Source: Kiritimatiellia bacterium
Lineage (GTDB): Bacteria; Verrucomicrobiota; Kiritimatiellia; RFP12; JBMNHG01
DNA: 64,000 nt
Assembly: GCA_050950285.1 (NCBI GenBank)
Contig: JBMNHG010000008.1
Coordinates: 62,001-126,000, forward strand
Direction of reading: 5' to 3'
Numbering within the stretch: position 1 is the stretch's first letter; every line of letters starts with the position of its first letter. The position numbers and the translations under genes were made by a program. The notes under the pieces are model-generated. The model made no database searches and was not told where the DNA came from. It saw only the letters and a list, made by a program, of their open reading frames with translations. Of this stretch, positions 10,257 to 19,601 are shown piece after piece.

Positions 10257-11432
10257 TCAGGTTTTCTCATCCAGCAGCGCATGCAACGCGCGCCAGCCGA
10301 CCGCCCGAACGCCGGGGCACAGCGGCATGGGCGCGGCACGATCCGCCGTGCCGGCATGCACGACTACCGCGCGCGTCACGGCGCTGTCCCCCGCCGCCGT
10401 TGCCAGACGCGTCAAGGAGCGTCCGTCGTCGGGCATCGGCGTGCGGGTGGCCTTGGCTTCGATCAGCAGCAGGCGGCGGTTGCCCTCGTCCACCACGAAA
10501 TCGACCTCCAGCCCTTGGCGGTCGCGGAAAATGTACAGCCCCCGCGCCTGTCCCCGGTTTAGACGGTGTTTGACGATCTCCGAGGCGACCAGTCCCTCGA
10601 ACAGCGGGCCGCGGAAGGGCGAGACGGCCAGATCCTCGTCATTTCGGATTCCCAGCAATGCGGCCGCCAGCCCCGAGTCCACGAAATAGACCTTGGGGGT
10701 TTTGACGATCCGCTTGCCGAAATTTTCGTAATAGGGCGGAGTGAGAATGATCTGTCCGGTGACCTCCAGGATACCCAGCCATTGGGTGAGGGTGGGCACG
10801 CTCACCCCCAGCGGCGCGGCCAGGGCCGTCTTGTTGAGCATCTGGCCGCAACGGCTGGCCAGCAGCCCCATAAAACGGCGGAAGGTCGCGAGGTCGCGGA
10901 TCAAGGCGACGGCGCGTACATCGCGTTCAAGATAGGTCTGTACGTACGAGCGGAACCAGATGTCCGCCACGTCGGGCGCGGCCTGCACTTCGGGGAAGCC
11001 GCCGAGCCGCAACGTCATGTCCGGCGTCTCCTCTGCAGAGAACGGCAGCAGCGAGAAGACCGCCGCGCGCCCCGCCATAGACTCGGTGACACCCTGCATC
11101 AGCGGAGCCTCCTGCGAGCCGGCGAGCAGCCACAGCCCTTTGCGGTCCGGCTGCCGGTCGATGCGGGTGCGCACGTAGGCGAACAACTCGGGCGTGTTCT
11201 GCATCTCGTCGAGGATGACAGGAAGCGTAAGACTGTCCAGAAACGAGCGCGGATCGGCCCGCACCCGCGCCACGACATCCGGATCTTCCAGCAGGACATG
11301 CTGGCAAGAGGGGAACAGATGGCGCAGCAGCGTGGTTTTGCCGGAGCGCCGAGGCCCCGTCACCAGCACGGCGGGAAAGTGCGCGACCGCCCGCAACACC
11401 TCCGCCTCCAGTGTTCTCTTCCGGTATTTCAT
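10257..11432 (-). CDS. AAA+ ATPase with C-terminal DUF4143 / PD-(D/E)XK-like domain
   Basis: GPRRSGKTT, ILDEMQ, ESMAGR, KTPKVYFVDSG, EVDFV..IEAK. Confidence 0.88.
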   Translation of the reverse strand: MKYRKRTLEAEVLRAVAHFPAVLVTGPRRSGKTTLLRHLFPSCQHVLLEDPDVVARVRADPRSFLDSLTLPVILDEMQNTPELFAYVRTRIDRQPDRKGLWLLAGSQEAPLMQGVTESMAGRAAVFSLLPFSAEETPDMTLRLGGFPEVQAAPDVADIWFRSYVQTYLERDVRAVALIRDLATFRRFMGLLASRCGQMLNKTALAAPLGVSVPTLTQWLGILEVTGQIILTPPYYENFGKRIVKTPKVYFVDSGLAAALLGIRNDEDLAVSPFRGPLFEGLVASEIVKHRLNRGQARGLYIFRDRQGLEVDFVVDEGNRRLLLIEAKATRTPMPDDGRSLTRLATAAGDSAVTRAVVVHAGTADRAAPMPLCPGVRAVGWRALHALLDEKT

Positions 11433-11438
11433 GTGACA

Positions 11439-11467
11439 TTTATAAAGTATCGGTTTAGAATTGTCAA
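11439..11467 (-). promoter_or_regulatory. Sigma70-type promoter of the AAA ATPase (probably leaderless)
   Basis: TTGACA-17bp-TATAAA on the minus strand, 6 nt before the ATG at 11432. Confidence 0.65.
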
Positions 11468-11605
11468 CATAATCCGGGGCCGTCTTCGTAATCGGTTCGT
11501 GACAGGGGCGTGCGAATCGGCTTCGCTTGCACGAATAGCGCTTGAGCGGCGTGTGTGGACGCGCTATGGTTTGTGGCGATTTAACTACAAACGACGGACG
11601 CAAAA

Positions 11606-11971
11606 ATGCCCACGCAACGACTCGACGACCTGTTCGCAGAAATCAGGGCCAATCTCCCCGCCCGGCGCGGCTGTCTTTGCGAGCAATACTTCACCCGGAA
11701 GGCTTCCGACGGCACCGCCTGGCGGATGGGGCCCTACTATGTGCTGACGCGGTCCGTCAACGGCAAGACCCGGTCGAAGCGCATCCCCGCGAAGGACGTG
11801 CCCCGCGTGCGGGCGGAGCTCGGGCACGGGAAGCGGCTTGAAACGATCTTCGAGAAGATATGGGAGCTGGCGGAGGAGAGCGCGGCGCGGCAGGCCTGCG
11901 ATTCGAAAAAACGGCGCGCCGCTATCACATCAACCCCCAAACGGCGCGCCGCTCCCGCAAAAGTCCCCTAA
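11606..11971 (+). CDS. DUF6788-like small protein (usually an IS accessory ORF); probable IS remnant
   Basis: RRGCLCEQY...GPYYVLTRSVNGKTRSKRIP pattern; no transposase follows. Confidence 0.55.
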   Translation: MPTQRLDDLFAEIRANLPARRGCLCEQYFTRKASDGTAWRMGPYYVLTRSVNGKTRSKRIPAKDVPRVRAELGHGKRLETIFEKIWELAEESAARQACDSKKRRAAITSTPKRRAAPAKVP

Positions 11972-12033
11972 CGAGACGACCGGATCCGGATAATCGGATC
12001 GGCTGGCGGGGGCTCATCAATGTACTGGGGAAA

Positions 12034-12107
12034 TGGTTGCCGCACAAGGATTCGAACCTTGACAGACAGTTCCAGAGACTGTAGTGCTACCGTTACACCA
12101 TGCGGCA
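12034..12107 (-). tRNA. tRNA-Gln(CTG)
   Basis: Reverse complement TGCCGCATGGTGTAACGGTAGCACTACAGTCTCTGGAACTGT...GGTTCGAATCC...GCGGCAACCA; encoded CCA. Confidence 0.97.
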
Positions 12108-12139
12108 AAGCTGTCCTTCTTTCGGAAAGACGCGGTGAA

Positions 12140-12168
12140 ATCATACGCGTTCAAGGAGCGCAAGGCAA
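12140..12168 (-). promoter_or_regulatory. Promoter of tRNA-Gln
   Basis: TTGCCT-17bp-TATGAT on the minus strand. Confidence 0.65.
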
Positions 12169-12795
12169 CCGTTATTTTAGGGGGGGCGGAATCGGCTCGT
12201 GACAAGTGGTCGTCGCGCGAGTCGAGTGCGCATGTGTGTGAGTTCCCTGTTGATAAACGAACGGCTCCGAACGGACGAAGCCGGGAAAGGGCCGGGTAAG
12301 AGCGTGCGCGTGAAGTGGGCCGATCGGGTGCAGTGAACCGCATCGGGAGGGACCCCCCCTTGACCCGCAATCGGCCGGCGACAGGGAGGGGAGCGTCAAG
12401 GGCCGGAGGGGCCGAGCCGAGCGTCGGCTCGGCCGTCCGGGAGGCGGGACGGGAGCGTGGGCGTCCCGCCCGCAACAATGTGTCGTGCAAAAGGCGATAC
12501 GCGTATTCCCCCATGGGACCCGGCCTCGGCCGCGCATCCGGATCGGGCGTCCACGGGGGTAGGCGTGGACGCCCATGCCACGAAGGTTTGGCAAGAGCCC
12601 ATGACCCCCGACCGCCCGGGCGGGAGCGGTTCGGAACGTCCCGTCCCATAGCTGCACAGATGCCGTCCCGGGCGTCTCCTGCATCCGCCTTCCCGCGGAC
12701 TTGGCGTCCCCGGCACCTTGGCGGTTCGGTTTGCCCCGATGCCCAGGCTTGCGAGGATTCTCGTCCTCCCCAGCCAGCCCCCGGCGGCCCCCCTG

Positions 12796-14901
12796 TCACT
12801 CACGATCCGGATGTCTTTTCGGTTGAATCAAGACGGAAAGAATGGCGACGTCTGCGGGGGTGACACCCGAAATGCGGAGCGCCTGTGCGAGATTCTCCGG
12901 ACGGATACGGTCCAGTTTTTCGCGGGTTTCGTACCGAAGCGCTTGTACGGAGTGGTAGTCGAAGTCGTGCGGGATGGTCAACCGTTCATCCCGTTTGGCC
13001 CGTTCGGCGCTCCGTTTTTCCTGTTCGATGTACCCGTGATACTTCACCTGGAGGGTGACTTGGCGGATCACTTCCGAAGGAAGAGGGGATGGCGGGGGGA
13101 TTGGGAGAGAGGCATGGGAGACCTCCGGACGCCGAAGGAGTTCCTCCAGGGTCCGGCCCTGGAAGCGGGTGGTGCGGAGGCGATCGGTTTCGGTGTTAAC
13201 AAGCTGTTGATAACTTTCCGTTTCGGCGAGGAAAGCGGGTGGTGCCAAGCCGATCTCCTTCGCGAGGCGGAGCAGGCGGAACCGGGCGTTGTCCTGTCGC
13301 AAAAGGAGCCGACGCTCCGCGCGGGAGGTGAACATCCGGTAGGGTTCGTCCGTTCCTTTGGTCACCAGATCGTCGATCAGGACGCCGATGTAGGCGTTTT
13401 GCCGGCTCAACAGGATGGCCTGTTCATTTCTTGTGAACAACGCGGCGTTGATTCCCGCCAGGAGACCCTGGGCGGCGGCTTCCTCGTACCCGGTGGTCCC
13501 GTTGATTTGTCCCGCGCAGAAGAGGCCTGGGAGGCCATGGAATTCGAGGGACGAACGGAGCTGGCGGGGATCGAGGGCGTCGTATTCGATGGCGTAGGCG
13601 AAGGCGAGGATCTCCGCGCGTTCCAGGCCCGGGACGGAACGAACCAGTGCGTGCTGGGTGTCCCGGGGGAGGGAGTTCGAGAGCCCGTTGGGGTAGACGA
13701 CCCTTCCATTGCGCGATTCGGGCTCCAGGATCACGTGGTGGGAGTCCCGGTCTTCGAAGCGGACGACCTTGTCCTCGATGGAAGGGCAATAGCGGACGCC
13801 GGTTCCGGAGATGGAGCCCCCGTAGAGGGCGCTCCGGGGGAGGTTGTCCCGGACGATGCGATGGGTTTCGCGGGTGGTATGGGTCTCGAAGCAGTCCTCC
13901 TGGTCCGCGCCCGGGCACCATTCCAGCGGGGGGTCGATGTGCTTCGGGAGGATTCGGGGGGGCAGGTGTTCCCCGGTTGTTCCACGTGGAACAATCCGGA
14001 GGGACGCGAAGGGGTTGTTCCACGTGGAACATTCGTCTATCTGTTTGCAGTGGAGTCGGATAAAGGCTGTCCCTCCGGTCTTTGACAGCGCTTCTTCGTC
14101 TTGGTCCAGAGGAAGGGGGCCGAGCGGGGAGGCTGCCGGGATGTTCCACGTGGAACATTCGCGTATGCACTGTTCCCGGTATTGTCTCCCCTTCCAGGAA
14201 AAAAGCGGCGGGGGGTTGTCTCCGGGCTGTCGCGCGAGGACGCTCCAGTCGATGGTGGCGGCGTCCAGCCGGGCCGGGGTCCCGGTTTTGAGTCTTCGAA
14301 GCTCCATCCCCAGTTCTTGGAGGTTTGCCGAAAGGGCTTCTGCGGCGGCCCGCCCATCCCCGTCGCTCCCCAGGGATTCCCTGCCGATGAAGATCCGTCC
14401 CCCGAGCGCGGTTCCGGTGGCGAGCACGACGGCGGAGGCATGGAGTTCCCCATGGCGGATGGTGGCGACGCCGTGGAGGCGGTCGCCTGTGTGCAGGATG
14501 GCCGTTGCCATATCCTCTAGAAGATCAAGCCCCGGAGTCCGTTCCAGAACCTGGCGCATCCGAAGGGAATAGCGTCGTTTGTCGCACTGTGCGCGAGTGG
14601 CCTGCACGGAGGGGCCGCGGCTGAGGTTGAGGGTCCGGAATTGGATTCCGGCGAGGTCGGTGTCGACGCCCATTTCCCCTCCGAGCGCGTCGATTTCGGA
14701 GACGAGATGGGATTTGGCCAGCCCCCCGATGGCGGGGTTGCAGGGCATGCGGGCGATCCCGGCCCTGTTCGCCGCGAGGAGGAGGACCCGTCTCCCCATC
14801 CGCGCGGCGGCCAATGCGGCTTCGCAGCCGGCGTGCCCGGCACCGACCACGATGACGTCCCAATCGGAGGCGGGGCTTCGCATGGCGGATATCCTGTTCA
14901 C
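12796..14901 (-). CDS. mnmG: tRNA uridine-34 carboxymethylaminomethyl modification enzyme MnmG/GidA with an internal insertion
   Basis: VVGAGHAGCEAA, MPCNPAIGG, KTGTPARL, RYCPSIEDK, AGQINGTTGYEEAAAQG, EPYRMFTSRAE; GTG start with AAGGAG upstream (alternative ATG 14883). Confidence 0.97.
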   Translation of the reverse strand: MNRISAMRSPASDWDVIVVGAGHAGCEAALAAARMGRRVLLLAANRAGIARMPCNPAIGGLAKSHLVSEIDALGGEMGVDTDLAGIQFRTLNLSRGPSVQATRAQCDKRRYSLRMRQVLERTPGLDLLEDMATAILHTGDRLHGVATIRHGELHASAVVLATGTALGGRIFIGRESLGSDGDGRAAAEALSANLQELGMELRRLKTGTPARLDAATIDWSVLARQPGDNPPPLFSWKGRQYREQCIRECSTWNIPAASPLGPLPLDQDEEALSKTGGTAFIRLHCKQIDECSTWNNPFASLRIVPRGTTGEHLPPRILPKHIDPPLEWCPGADQEDCFETHTTRETHRIVRDNLPRSALYGGSISGTGVRYCPSIEDKVVRFEDRDSHHVILEPESRNGRVVYPNGLSNSLPRDTQHALVRSVPGLERAEILAFAYAIEYDALDPRQLRSSLEFHGLPGLFCAGQINGTTGYEEAAAQGLLAGINAALFTRNEQAILLSRQNAYIGVLIDDLVTKGTDEPYRMFTSRAERRLLLRQDNARFRLLRLAKEIGLAPPAFLAETESYQQLVNTETDRLRTTRFQGRTLEELLRRPEVSHASLPIPPPSPLPSEVIRQVTLQVKYHGYIEQEKRSAERAKRDERLTIPHDFDYHSVQALRYETREKLDRIRPENLAQALRISGVTPADVAILSVLIQPKRHPDRE
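13978..13993. promoter_or_regulatory. parS: parS site 1 (ParB-binding palindrome)
   Basis: TGTTCCACGTGGAACA perfect 16-bp palindrome (18 bp with flanks). Confidence 0.88.
14016..14031. promoter_or_regulatory. parS: parS site 2
   Basis: TGTTCCACGTGGAACA. Confidence 0.88.
14142..14157. promoter_or_regulatory. parS: parS site 3
   Basis: TGTTCCACGTGGAACA (18 bp with flanks). Confidence 0.88.
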
Positions 14902-15189
14902 AACCCGGACTCCTTGCCGAAATAAATCGTATGATTATTATGGTGGGGCCAAAGCGGGCCGGATCCGGGGAGGGCAAGGGTTGCCCAGAAAAGGGGGAAA
15001 GGAGCCATGGGGGGATTGTCGCTGTGTTTTGCCGGCAATTCAATGGGCAATTTCATTCCGGTTGTTTGGGGTTCGCGCCGCGCACGAACCGTCCGGCACA
15101 GACGTCGCTACCTCCATGCGCTCCACTCGCGCCCTCCGAAACTGGCATTGCCGTCGCGAAGCCTCCCCCAACCCCTTGTCGCGAGCCGA

Positions 15190-16332
15190 TTATGGGGAAG
15201 TCTTTGGCTCGAAGTCAAACGGGTACGGGAGCTTGTATCGGTTGCGGATCTCCACCATCACGCGTTGCAGGGCGGGCGGGATGGGGCAGCCTTTTTCGAG
15301 CCGTTCGCGGCGCGCCTCCCACTCCTTCTCGCCGGCGGTGTAGATGCGCTCCCAGCCCGGCATGCGGCGCGAGGCGCGCAGCTCGCGGCAGATGGCGCCG
15401 GCGATGCGCTTGAAGGTCTCGAGCCCCATGAAGAAGTCGGGATTGATGGCGATGAAGAAGTGGCCGAGCGGGTAGGGGATGCGCTTGCCGTCGGCGTCGG
15501 TGCCGTTGAGCGCCTTCATCCAGGAGCCGTCCTGCAGGGCGGCGCTGAGGATCTCGACGATGGTGGCGTAGCCGTAGCCCTTGTAGCCGGCGGTCTCCTC
15601 GCCGATGCCGCCGAGGGGCGTGAGGGCGGCCTGGCCGGTGGTCAGATCCTTGAGCACCTGCGCGGTGTCGGTGCGCGTGCGGCCGTCGGCGCCGATGACC
15701 CAGCCGGGCGGCAGCTCCTTGCCGGCGCGCTCGTAGACCTCGATCTTGCCGCGCTGGGAGACGCTGGTGGCGCAGTCGAGGACGAAGGGGAAGGGCTCGT
15801 CGGTGGGCAGGCCCCACGTGAGCGGGTTGGTGCCGAGCATGTTCTCGACGCCGCCGGTGGGGGCGATCGAGGGGCGTGCGTTGGTGCCGGAGACGCCGAT
15901 CATGCCGGCGTCGGTGGCCATGGTCACATAGTAGCCGGCGATGCCGTAGTGGGTGGAGTTGCGCACGGCCACCATGCCCATGCCGTAGGTGCGGGCCTTC
16001 GCGATGGCCATCTCCATGGCGCGCACGCCGACGACGTGGCCCATGCCGTTGTGGCCGTCGAGCACGGCGGTGGCGAGCTGGTCCTTGACGACCTCGATTC
16101 TGGTGACGGGGTCGAGGATGCCGGCCTGGATGCGGTCGAGGTAGATCGGCTTGAGGCGGCCGATGCCGTGCGAGTCGATGCCGCGCTTGTCGGATTCGAT
16201 CAGCACGTCCGCGATGATGGCGGCGTCCGGCGCCGGCACGCCTGAGGCGATCAGGGCGTCGCGCATGAAGCGCTCGAGCAGGTCGCAGTCGAGGCGCGGG
16301 TCGCTTGTGGTGGTTCCGGGTTGTCGAGACAT
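15190..16332 (-). CDS. Ldh_2-family (type 2 malate/L-lactate/sulfolactate) dehydrogenase
   Basis: RGIDSHGIGRL, RNSTHYG, GTNPL, GYKGYG, GHFFIAINPD. Confidence 0.9.
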   Translation of the reverse strand: MSRQPGTTTSDPRLDCDLLERFMRDALIASGVPAPDAAIIADVLIESDKRGIDSHGIGRLKPIYLDRIQAGILDPVTRIEVVKDQLATAVLDGHNGMGHVVGVRAMEMAIAKARTYGMGMVAVRNSTHYGIAGYYVTMATDAGMIGVSGTNARPSIAPTGGVENMLGTNPLTWGLPTDEPFPFVLDCATSVSQRGKIEVYERAGKELPPGWVIGADGRTRTDTAQVLKDLTTGQAALTPLGGIGEETAGYKGYGYATIVEILSAALQDGSWMKALNGTDADGKRIPYPLGHFFIAINPDFFMGLETFKRIAGAICRELRASRRMPGWERIYTAGEKEWEARRERLEKGCPIPPALQRVMVEIRNRYKLPYPFDFEPKTSP

Positions 16333-16513
16333 CCGATGGCTTCCTTTCATGCCGTGCATCAGCGGCAACGCCTGCGTTTCATGCGCGCGTGCCGCCGGGA
16401 ACCATCATGACAGACTCCCCTGCCGGACGTCAACTGCGCCGAAGCACGCCGCCCCGCCCCGGCGTATTCCATCGTGGCTTCCCGTGACATCTCGTTTCTC
16501 ATGCGCGCCGATT

Positions 16514-16876
16514 CTACTAACTCGGCCACAATTCATACTGCAAAACAGGGGCACGGGTTTTCCAACCCGTGACACGGACAGGAATGTCCGTGCCCGAGTT
16601 GCGAACGGAATGCTGGCGCCAGTGTCTGCGGCCAGAGGGTTTCCGAGGGGTTCCGGCACATCAGGATATGGACGCGAAGCCGCAGAAAGTGGCCTACCCC
16701 CTGAGCGGAATCTTCCAAATCGCTTGAAACCGGGGCATTTCGTCGAAATCTGCCCGGAGGGAAAGGCCAAACTCCGTGACACGGACAGGAATGTCCGTGC
16801 CCCTTTGCCAACTCCAAATTCCAGCTCCCCATGCCTGAATCTCCGTGAGCAACGCTATTTGTGGCCGGGTTAGTAG
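16514..16876. mobile_element. MITE-like non-autonomous element with 18-bp terminal inverted repeats
   Basis: CTACTAACTCGGCCACAA (16514-16531) and TTGTGGCCGGGTTAGTAG (16859-16876), 17/18 complementary; no credible ORF inside. Confidence 0.6.
16567..16802. repeat. Two identical 29-bp REP-like palindromic repeats
   Basis: CCGTGACACGGACAGGAATGTCCGTGCCC at 16567-16595 and 16774-16802; hairpin CACGGACA-GGAA-TGTCCGTG. Confidence 0.85.
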
Positions 16877-16993
16877 CACGGTGTCCAGTATTTGACGGAT
16901 GCGCTTGATTTCCGGACGCCGCGATTTCGGCTTCGGTGTCCATGACGATGACATACCGCGCGCCCCCGCCCCGATCCATCCGTCCCTTTTCAC

Positions 16994-17022
16994 TTGCGCG
17001 TTTGTGTCTGAGCCCGTATTCT
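16994..17022 (+). promoter_or_regulatory. Putative promoter of EF-G gene
   Basis: TTGCGC-17bp-TATTCT, then AGGAG before ATG 17055. Confidence 0.5.
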
Positions 17023-17054
17023 CCTGGGCTTTCATTTTTCAGGAGTATTGCGAA

Positions 17055-19142
17055 ATGGCCAGAACAATCCCCTTGGACCATGTGCGAAATATCGGCATCA
17101 TGGCCCACATCGACGCGGGCAAGACGACGACCAGCGAACGCATCCTCTACTACTGCGGATGGAACTACAAGCTCGGGGAAGTCCACGACGGATCCGCCAC
17201 CATGGACTACATGGTGCAGGAGCAGGAGCGTGGCATCACGATTACCTCCGCCGCCACGGTCGTCCAGTGGAACGACTACCAGCTGAGCCTGATCGACACC
17301 CCCGGCCACGTGGACTTCACGGCCGAGGTCGAGCGGTCCCTCCGCGTTCTGGACGGGGCCGTGGCGCTCTTCTGCGCCGTGGGCGGCGTCCAGCCGCAGA
17401 CCGAGAAGGTCTGGCGGCAGAGCGAGAAGTACCATGTCCCGAAGGTGTGCTTCATCAACAAGATGGACCGCATCGGCGCGAATTTCACCGGCGTCCTCGA
17501 TTCGATCCGCGACACCCTCGGCGGCAATCCGGTTCCGATGGTGTATCCGATCGGCCGGGCCGACACCTTCAAGGGCGTGGTGGATCTGCTCAAGATGAAG
17601 GCGCTCTATTTCGACGAGGAGTCGAAGGGCGTCAAGGTGATCGAAGAGGACATCCCCGCGGATCTCGTCGAAATCTGCCGGGAGTACCGCCAGAACATGA
17701 TGGAGAGGGCGGCCGAGCAGAGCGAAGAGCTCATGAGCACCTTCTTCGACAGGGGGGAGCTCACCAACGAAGAGATCGTCGCGGGCCTCCGCAAGGGCTG
17801 CATCAGCCGCGCCCTTGTCCCCGCCTACTGCGGCACCTCCTTCCGCAACAAGGGCGTCCAGCCGCTGCTCGACGGCGTCACGCGCTTCCTGCCCTCTCCG
17901 CTGGACGTGGGCGCCGTGTCCCAGGCCGACGGCACCGAAGTGCGTACGCCGGACGACGACCAGCCGCTTGCCGCGCTGGCCTTCAAGATCGTGACCAACA
18001 AGCACATGGGCCGGATCATCTTCCTGCGCATCTACTCCGGCACGCTGCGCGTCGGCGCCACGATCCGCAACTCCACGCTGGGCGTGGAGGGCCGCGTGGG
18101 CCGTCTTTTCCGCATGCATGCCAACCGCCAGGAGGCGATCGAAGAGGCCCATACGGGCGACATCGTGGCCATGGTGGGCCTGTCGAGCACCCGCACGGGC
18201 GACACGCTCTGCGACCCCGAGCATCCGATGATCCTCGAGGCGATCGAATTCCCGCCGCCCGTCATCTCCGTGGCGATCACCGCCGCCAGCCGCAACGAAA
18301 ACGAGAAGCTGGGCAACGCCCTGCATGCATTGGCCGACGAAGATCCCACCTTCGTGGTCACCTACGATTCCGAGACGCGGGAGACGATCATCGCCGGCAT
18401 GGGCGAGCTCCATCTGGAGGTCATCGTGGACCGCCTGAAGCGCGAGTTCGGCGTCGATTGCGCGGTTGGCCGCCCGGAAGTGGCCTACCGCGAGGCGATC
18501 ACCACCCCGGCGGACGGCCAGTACCGGCACGTCAAGCAGTCCGGCGGCCGCGGCCAGTACGCCCACGTCTACCTGCGTCTCGATCCCCAGGAGGCGGGCC
18601 GCGGCTTCACGTTCGTCAACGACGTGCACGGCGGCACGATCCCGTCCGAATACATCCCGGCGGTCGAAAAGGGCGTCATCAAGGCGATTGCCGCCGGCCC
18701 GTACGCGGGATATCCCGTGGTCGACGTCAAGGTCACGGTGTACGATGGCTCCTATCACGAGGTCGACTCGAGCGAGCTTGCGTTCATGGAATGCGCGCGC
18801 GTCTGCTTCCGCGAGCTGTTCATGAAGGGCCACCCCCAGCTGATCGAGCCGGTGATGGCGGTCGAGGTCACGGTGCCCGAAGAGTTCATGGGCGCGGCGA
18901 CCGGTTCGATCTGCCAGCGTCGCGGCCGCATCGAGGGCATGCAGGACAAGAACGGCAGCAAGATCGTGAGGGGCTTCGTCCCGCTGAGCGAGATGTTCGG
19001 CTACTCGAACACGATCCGCACGGTCACCCAGGGGCGCGGCAACTTCTCCATGATCTTCTCCCACTACGAGGCCGTTCCGTTCGAGAAGGCCGAGGCGATC
19101 ATCGAGAAGCGCCGGAAGGGAAACAAGATCCGCGGAGGCTGA
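17055..19142 (+). CDS. fusA: Elongation factor G (stand-alone copy, not in the str operon)
   Basis: [58 protein letters not shown]. Confidence 0.95.
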   Translation: MARTIPLDHVRNIGIMAHIDAGKTTTSERILYYCGWNYKLGEVHDGSATMDYMVQEQERGITITSAATVVQWNDYQLSLIDTPGHVDFTAEVERSLRVLDGAVALFCAVGGVQPQTEKVWRQSEKYHVPKVCFINKMDRIGANFTGVLDSIRDTLGGNPVPMVYPIGRADTFKGVVDLLKMKALYFDEESKGVKVIEEDIPADLVEICREYRQNMMERAAEQSEELMSTFFDRGELTNEEIVAGLRKGCISRALVPAYCGTSFRNKGVQPLLDGVTRFLPSPLDVGAVSQADGTEVRTPDDDQPLAALAFKIVTNKHMGRIIFLRIYSGTLRVGATIRNSTLGVEGRVGRLFRMHANRQEAIEEAHTGDIVAMVGLSSTRTGDTLCDPEHPMILEAIEFPPPVISVAITAASRNENEKLGNALHALADEDPTFVVTYDSETRETIIAGMGELHLEVIVDRLKREFGVDCAVGRPEVAYREAITTPADGQYRHVKQSGGRGQYAHVYLRLDPQEAGRGFTFVNDVHGGTIPSEYIPAVEKGVIKAIAAGPYAGYPVVDVKVTVYDGSYHEVDSSELAFMECARVCFRELFMKGHPQLIEPVMAVEVTVPEEFMGAATGSICQRRGRIEGMQDKNGSKIVRGFVPLSEMFGYSNTIRTVTQGRGNFSMIFSHYEAVPFEKAEAIIEKRRKGNKIRGG

Positions 19143-19160
19143 TCCGGTTCCGGCCCCCCC

Positions 19161-19196
19161 AAAAAGCGGCGTGCCGCGAAATTCGCGGCGCGCCGC
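19161..19196. terminator. Hairpin after EF-G (CGGCGYGCCGC family)
   Basis: AAAAA-GCGGCGTGCCGCGAA-a-TTCGCGGCGCGCCGC. Confidence 0.6.
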
Positions 19197-19408
19197 CCGA
19201 TTCCCCGCCCCCCGATTCCCCCCTTGCGTTCGCCCGGAGAATGTAGTACACCATCCGAACGGCGTTACCGGCGATGCGGAGACGCTTTCCGTCCACCCGC
19301 GCGCGCTTCGGCCGCGCGGAGCCGCAAGGGCGGTTTCGTGGCGGACGGTCGCGCCTCCTGCGTCCTGGGGTTTGACCCGGTTTCCGAAAGTAAAGAAAGG
19401 AATCCAGC

Positions 19409-19546
19409 ATGAAAAAGTACGTCTGCAAGATTTGCGGATATGTCTACGATCCGGCGAACAATGACGATGTCCCGTTCGAGGATCTCCCCGACGACTGGAC
19501 TTGCCCCGTTTGCGGCGTGGGCAAAGACCAGTTCGAAGAATTGTGA
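19409..19546 (+). CDS. Rubredoxin (45 aa; absent from ORF track)
   Basis: [45 protein letters not shown]; two CxxCG knuckles; AAAGGA upstream. Confidence 0.95.
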   Translation: MKKYVCKICGYVYDPANNDDVPFEDLPDDWTCPVCGVGKDQFEEL

Positions 19547-19601
19547 GCCCAGGACGGCTTGCTTTACCCAAAACCCCCTGCCAATTTGAGGAACGCATCG
19601 C

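Noticed and set aside
10200..12034. att-bounded island at tRNA-Gln
   Set aside because: No duplicate of the tRNA-Gln 3' end was found and there is no integrase
11860..12084. Programmed -1 frameshift into a transposase
   Set aside because: The -1 frame is short, runs into the tRNA antisense and has no DDE motifs
13978..14157. CRISPR array from the three 16-bp repeats
   Set aside because: Repeats are too short and unevenly spaced (38 and 126 bp), lie inside a CDS, match parS, and no cas genes are present
13903..14190. Intein or intron in mnmG
   Set aside because: No intein splice-junction pattern (C-terminal HN before C/S/T), too short, no recognisable intron ends; the frame is simply open
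14902..15189. oriC upstream of mnmG
   Set aside because: Only a short AT-rich patch and no cluster of good DnaA boxes; it may simply be the mnmG promoter
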